In this document: piece by piece, positions 37,201 to 41,274 of the stretch
How positions within the stretch are numbered: the stretch's first letter is position 1
Layout: each line of letters begins with the position of its first letter
Assembly: GCA_032718475.1 (NCBI GenBank)
Contig: JAUCBJ010007039.1
Coordinates: forward strand, 1 to 41,274
Source: Nemertoderma westbladi
Lineage: Eukaryota; Animalia; Xenacoelomorpha
Length of the DNA stretch: 41,274 bases
Direction of reading: 5' to 3'
Program-made: the position numbers and the translations under genes
The notes under the pieces: model-generated
What the model was told of the DNA's origin: nothing
Databases searched by the model: none
Seen by the model: the letters and a program-made list of their open reading frames with translations, nothing else

Positions 37201-38069
37201 CTGGCTCCAGAAGTCGAGGAAATCCTGCCAAGTACCTAACTGATCTAGACTTTGCTGATGACTTAGGAGTACTCTCAGAATCATTAGAGGGAGCCCAGCG
37301 GCTCCTCAGCTCATTAGAACATGCTGCTTCTAGTGTTGGTCTTTTTATTAACTCCAGAAAGACCAAAATTCTGACAGTTAACTTTGAAAGTCCTCAGCAA
37401 GTCTCTGATCGGATGAGCATAAGCTCAAAGGATGGTATGCTTGAGCATGTGGACGACTTCTGTTACCTGGGATCATGGATCCGGAAGTCAGGTGAGGACC
37501 TTCGAATACGTAAGGGAAAGGCATGGGCAGCCTTGAATAGGCTTTCCAGGATTTGGAAGTCACCTAGAATTAATCGGAAACTTAAGGTCCGATTATTCAG
37601 AGCAGCAGTAGTTCCAGTACTCCTCTACGGGAGTCCATGCTGGGCTCTAACTGCTGAGGACACCAAATCTCTGGATGGCACATTCACAAGAATGCTACGC
37701 CGGGTACATTGTGTCAAGTACAATGCACACATCTCCAACCAGACACTATATAACATTGGAGGTGTCTCATTGGTTCCCCCAAGCTTGACACTAGAACAAA
37801 ATCGCCTCCGCTTTGCAGGACATTGCTTTCGCCGTGAGGACCAGCCAGTGCATAATCTTGTACTTTGGCAGCCTCATGGAGTGAATAAGCATGGTGGACA
37901 GCCCATGACTTTCTTGAGACGCATCTTAAAGGACACTGGCCTTAAAGATGCGGATGATCTAGCAAATGTCATGGGTGATAGGGAGTTGTGGCGGTGCAAT
38001 TTTGTTGACAAGCCGGCACAGCATTCTTAAAAAATGCAGCTGCAATGCAGCATGCCGATCCTAGTAGTA
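34297..38069 (+). mobile_element. Full-length RTE-like non-LTR retrotransposon
   Basis: 12-bp TSD CTATACTTATTT (34285-34296 and 38070-38081), 5' (CAGGT)n, ~500-bp 5' UTR, single ORF, very short 3' UTR ending in TAGTAGTA. The clade is inferred from architecture. Confidence 0.9.
34803..38030 (+). CDS. LINE ORF: AP-endonuclease plus reverse transcriptase, intact (1075 aa from first ATG)
   Basis: APE motifs VGVQE, YSPT, GDFNA, QIDHIL, SDH. RT motifs PKKG, FRGISL, QNGFRKGR, FVDFFKAFDS, QGDTLAP, FADD, YLGS. The track's start at 34713 is a TTG. Confidence 0.95.
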   Translation: MDYISNAEVRPLEASGITGHNRPHRRQLTPDRLPVSPPTGERAANNSLSPFPDDLSGPNPGSPGRPDCDGERDSGVGGYSHVPPRPTKPLVNLRQVTRLASVNTLTLGSPMRQGELTALADKLSLSAVGVQEHRMQTGQTDEVLIKDMGGGWRLALASADDSGNGGIGLLMNPTAHAALDKIDQISNRIIRCHFSCSGRLAKKFPKVVLIVCYSPTSVAPVEEVENFYHNLQAATDGVDQHAFLTFLGDFNASLHQSPTSPWVYSNSVNRNSVHLQDFISGNGLFSAGTQFKKRTGKLWTHSGPSGHKSQIDHILFRRKYRSSIQDCNAFTLRPFSSDHRLIVAKVRLSLRASRTTKSALPQHDWSSLLQQPSVRSSFTLQLSNRYEALASEAADHCEGYTAFTEAVKLAAAETVPVYPRNRKRAPWTDNKIQKCRNDLHKAQKESRLKQTTAAKNAVKAASRSLNRQYSVNLQELINQQVDAINDADDSRQSSQAWKSINLLTGRKSQPTTKVKAESPADRLNGWKAHFEKLLNNDRVLPDNFIEVKVSESVLPDIPIGDISFAEVKAAAKSIKTNRASGVDGVPPEVFKIPECLKLIYPIIVDMYRTTRVPQEMKTNKLVPVPKKGNLTLYGSFRGISLISIAAKLYNRILLNRIRDPIERLLRGNQNGFRKGRGTMEPILALRRIIEELSKKKDRHLAVIFVDFFKAFDSVSRSRMFSILSLYGIPDEIIAAIRSVYDGSTTFVSTVDGDTEPFEVLWGVLQGDTLAPFLFIIVVDYVLRTSLDHHNDDGVMITPPTGSRSRGNPAKYLTDLDFADDLGVLSESLEGAQRLLSSLEHAASSVGLFINSRKTKILTVNFESPQQVSDRMSISSKDGMLEHVDDFCYLGSWIRKSGEDLRIRKGKAWAALNRLSRIWKSPRINRKLKVRLFRAAVVPVLLYGSPCWALTAEDTKSLDGTFTRMLRRVHCVKYNAHISNQTLYNIGGVSLVPPSLTLEQNRLRFAGHCFRREDQPVHNLVLWQPHGVNKHGGQPMTFLRRILKDTGLKDADDLANVMGDRELWRCNFVDKPAQHS

Positions 38070-38649
38070 CTATACTTATTTGATTTTTTGTGTACCGGTA
38101 CTCTATACTTATTTAATTTGTAATGTGTACCGGTACTCTATACTTATTTAATTTTTAATGTGTACCGGTACTCTATACTTATTTAATTTTTAATGTGTAC
38201 CGGTACTCTATACTTATTTGATTTTTTGTGTACCGGTACTCTATACTTATTTAATTTGTAATGTGTACCGGTACTCTATACTTATCTGCAATGTGTACCG
38301 GTACTCTATACTTATCTGCAATGTGTACCGGTACTCTATACTTATTTAATTTTTAATGTGTACCGGTACTCTATACTTATTTAATTTTTAATGTGTACCG
38401 GTACTCTATACTTATTTAATTTTTAATGTGTACCGGTACTCTATACTTATTTAATTTTTAATGTGTACCGGTACTCTATACTTATTTAATTTTTTATGTG
38501 TACCGGTACTCTATACTTATTTAATTTTTAATGTGTACCGGTACTCTATACTTATCTGCAATGTGTACCGGTACTCTATACTTATCTGCAATGTGTACCG
38601 GTACTCTATACTTATCTGCAATGTGTACCGGTACTCTATACTTATCTGC
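38070..38649. repeat. Right part of the 35/30-bp minisatellite
   Basis: The same units resume in register after the LINE TSD. Confidence 0.95.
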
Positions 38650-39379
38650 CAATATCACAAACCGTTAAATATTTACTTTTATTGGAAACTCTGGTGCGTA
38701 AGTCAGTAAGTTGGAAATCAGTAAGTTGGCTTCCTCTACTGCGATCCTAGGGGCCATTGGTAACCATGGTATAGACGGCGATAGATATTGCGCAACTGAC
38801 TGGCCTTCGCCGCCGCTCAGCAACACAGCTCTTATTTCGAATGGTTGCCACCATCGCTACACAAAACAAAACTGGTGGAGACCCACGGAGGAGTGCGCTG
38901 GCGTGAACTGCGGCTGCCCACTACAAAGTGTGCAGCGATACACCACAGTACGCCACCACAGTGCGCCACCACAGTGCGCCACCACAGTGCACCTATCGCA
39001 TGCCGTGTAATACCGGTTACTTTTGGCTGTTAGTTTAAGTATATTTAAACTAACCATCGCAAAACTCCACGATATTTTAATTATATTTTTACGGGTAGTT
39101 ACTGTAAATTTATTATATATTTTATATTTATGGTTTGTTCTAATGTCACGCCCACTCTATCGCACAACCCTCGCTATACAACTCGTATTATACAGGATTA
39201 CCTTTTTCATTGTATATATTTGACCAATCCTACGTGGTTTTAATGTACCGTCAACTGGGTTTATATAACATTAATGTTTATGTTTTAATGTCACGCTGTC
39301 CCACCGTTAATGTTCCATATGTTTGGATAATAATAAACAACAGTCATTAAGAAATATTATATTTTATTGCGCAACTCAC

Positions 39380-39838
39380 CGATGTCCCGCCACATTGAGT
39401 ACGTCGTCCATCCGGCCCGATATGTGGTAGAACCCGTCGGGGTCGCGCCTAGCGGCGTCCCCACTGAAGTAGTAACCGGGGAAACGCGACAGGTAGGTCT
39501 CGTGGTAGCGCTCGTGGGAGCCGTAGATGGTGCGCGCCATGCCGGGCCAGGCCGCGGCCACGCACAGCGCGCCCTGGGCGTCGGGGCCTGGGAGCGGCTC
39601 GCCCGTGGCCGTGTCCAGCAGGACCACCCGTATCCCGGGCAACGGACGCATCGCGTGGGCGGGACGGATCTCGGCCCCGACCGCCGAGGGCCGGGGACTG
39701 ATCATGATCCCGCCGGTCTCCGTCTGCCACCAGGTGTCCACGACGGGACAGCGGCCCTGTCCCACCGCGTCCCGGTACCACACCCACGCCTCGTGGTTGA
39801 TTGGTTCGCCCACGCTGCCTAGCAACCGCAGTGACGAT
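39380..39838 (-). CDS. ACSS1: Acetyl-CoA synthetase (ACSS1-like), internal exon
   Basis: Acceptor ttgtttattcag|A TCG, donor CAT CG|GTGAG. Encodes [14 protein letters not shown]...[11 protein letters not shown]...PRPS...[10 protein letters not shown]...YFSGD...[12 protein letters not shown](R), the acyl-CoA synthetase core motifs. Phase matches both neighbouring exons. Confidence 0.95.
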
Positions 39839-40330
39839 CTGAATAAACAATATAAGTGTGCAGTAAAGGGCCATCGGGAGGGGAGATGGGGGGGGGGGGG
39901 GGTGATCGATAAAATGTGACATCACATGTCAAGTAGATTACCCAATCTAAATACTTTCAGTTTGGTGCCCAGCCAATCAGCCTCTGGTCTGACTCTACTA
40001 CATTATTGTAGATTACAGGCAACGGTAGGCACAGTATATGCTCATGCTATATCCTTGGCCTATCGTCTAAACGGAGTATTTTTGGTCTTGCGACACTTTG
40101 CGACGGATGGGGGGGGGGGGGGGGGGGGGTGGGTTGTCAAAAATCGTCCAAAAAAAGTTACATAATTTAAGGTGGAGAGCTACTTTGACAAGAGCGTATT
40201 TTTTTTAAATTTAAAATCATAACCATGAAAATTTGAAAAATATCATAAAAATAAAAGGTGTTTTCAAATTCACAACACGAAAATATAAAAAAATGTTACA
40301 AAACACTAATAGAATCCAAACTCTAGCTAC

Positions 40331-40526
40331 CTGTCGTATTTAGCGGGCCATTTGTCTCCACTCTTGAGTAGCAGCCGTATAGCGGTTGGTGCCGTGTAGA
40401 ACTGGGTTATCTTCAGCCGTTCAACCACCTCCCAGTAGCGGCCGGGGTCCGGGTATACAGGGGTGCTCTCAAACAGAACAGATGTAGCTCCGTTGCTAAG
40501 GGGACCGTAAACAGCGTACGTGTGAC
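40331..40526 (-). CDS. ACSS1: Acetyl-CoA synthetase (ACSS1-like), internal exon; upstream exons lie beyond the right edge
   Basis: Minus strand reads ttctccacag|GT CAC ACG..., translating (G)[64 protein letters not shown](R), then donor AG|[12 protein letters not shown] and RYWE match ACSS1 as I recall it. Confidence 0.92.
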
Positions 40527-40749
40527 CTGTGGAGAATAGTAATAGCGTTTCGCTAAATCTCATAAGTAGCTGGGAAACAATGCAATACCTCTTTATAATA
40601 CTAGTCGTGGCTATTTACTAAAACAAAAATTCAACAGAGTACGCGATACACACTCTTACAGTACCAGAGCTAGTGCTTCAAACTTTTACCTCCCGAATGG
40701 TAAATCCTTCGAAACTGATAATTTCTTTTTTTTAACGGAATTAAAAGCA

Positions 40750-40895
40750 GGTGGAGGTGTTCCATTAATCTCCCCTAGCTTGACACTTGAACGGAACCAC
40801 CTCCGCTTTGCAGGACATAGCTTTCGCCCTGAGGACCAGCCAGTGCATAATCTTGTACTTTGGCAGCCTCATGGAGTGAATAAGCATGGTGGACA
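40750..40895 (+). mobile_element. Internal fragment of the RTE-like LINE, somewhat diverged
   Basis: Matches ~37757-37900 (GGAGGTGT...CCTCCGCTTTGCAGGACAT...GCATGGTGGACA). Confidence 0.85.
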
Positions 40896-41274
40896 TATTG
40901 GCAAGCACTACCCAGGGAAGATCAGATAGAATACGCGAGGAGAAACAAAATCTGTTCGCGATGTGTGATGAATGGGCATAGAGCTAACCAATGCAAGGAG
41001 ACGCCAATTAAGTTCGGTCAAAGTAAAGGACAGACGATGGCGACAAGCACCGTAGGGGCGAAGAAGAGAGGAACGGTATTACTCGGGGTAGTACCAATTA
41101 TGGTAATCGGAGAAGGCGATCGATCAGTAACCACACTGATGCTGGTCGACAGTGGAGCAGCCTTCACATTGGTCGAGAATTGGGTGGCCGAAGAGATAGG
41201 ATTGAAGACGAGGCCAAGTAGAATGGCGGTAACAACCATCTCCAGCAAAGATGAGGTTCTGGAGATGAGAACTG
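40896..41274 (+). mobile_element. BEL/Pao-like LTR retrotransposon gag-protease fragment, open to the window edge
   Basis: A plus frame not in the track reads ...EYARRNKICSRCVMNGHRANQCKETP... (CCHC knuckle), continuing in frame to VLLGVVPIMVIG...TLMLVDSGAAFTLVENWVAEEIGL (aspartic protease DSG). Confidence 0.75.

Noticed and set aside
29815-38649. CRISPR-like palindromic repeat next to a reverse transcriptase
   Set aside because: Inter-core sequences are only a few recurring variants. The RT is an APE-type LINE inserted into the array with a TSD.
39367-39925. Overlapping ORFs and a possible bacterial acs insertion
   Set aside because: These are shadow frames of a GC-rich exon. Canonical, phase-matched splice sites and ACSS1-type motifs indicate a native eukaryotic gene.
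41018-41248. 76-aa minus-strand ORF resembling a secreted peptide
   Set aside because: Antisense shadow of the retrotransposon protease frame on the plus strand.

Overview
AT-rich, repeat-dense eukaryotic genomic DNA, probably from an invertebrate animal. The only host gene is the 3' half of a spliced acetyl-CoA synthetase most like mitochondrial ACSS1, on the minus strand: four exons with phase-compatible GT-AG junctions (40331-40526, 39380-39838, 21164-21406, 20270-20462) and an ~18 kb intron. The rest is nested mobile DNA and tandem repeats. (1) A decayed Ty3/Gypsy LTR retrotransposon (1-14102, minus) has both LTRs interrupted, one by a 4.1 kb TG..CA-bounded insert and the other by three head-to-tail Helentron/DINE-1-like elements. 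(2) An intact single-ORF (APE+RT) RTE-like LINE with a target-site duplication (TSD) sits in a 30/35-bp satellite, and there are three truncated copies of it. (3) A BEL/Pao-like gag-protease fragment runs off the right edge. (4) There are several MITEs, a 20-bp satellite, and a 50-bp repeat that multiplies the ACSS1 splice donor. The least classifiable feature is a head-to-tail pair of TIR elements with AGTAGTAG termini (21673-28464). Every junction reads GT, and the second copy carries a promoter-bearing, lightly disrupted ~540-codon gene with PC4-like segments and a tRNA-like unit. All calls were made by eye, with no database searches.
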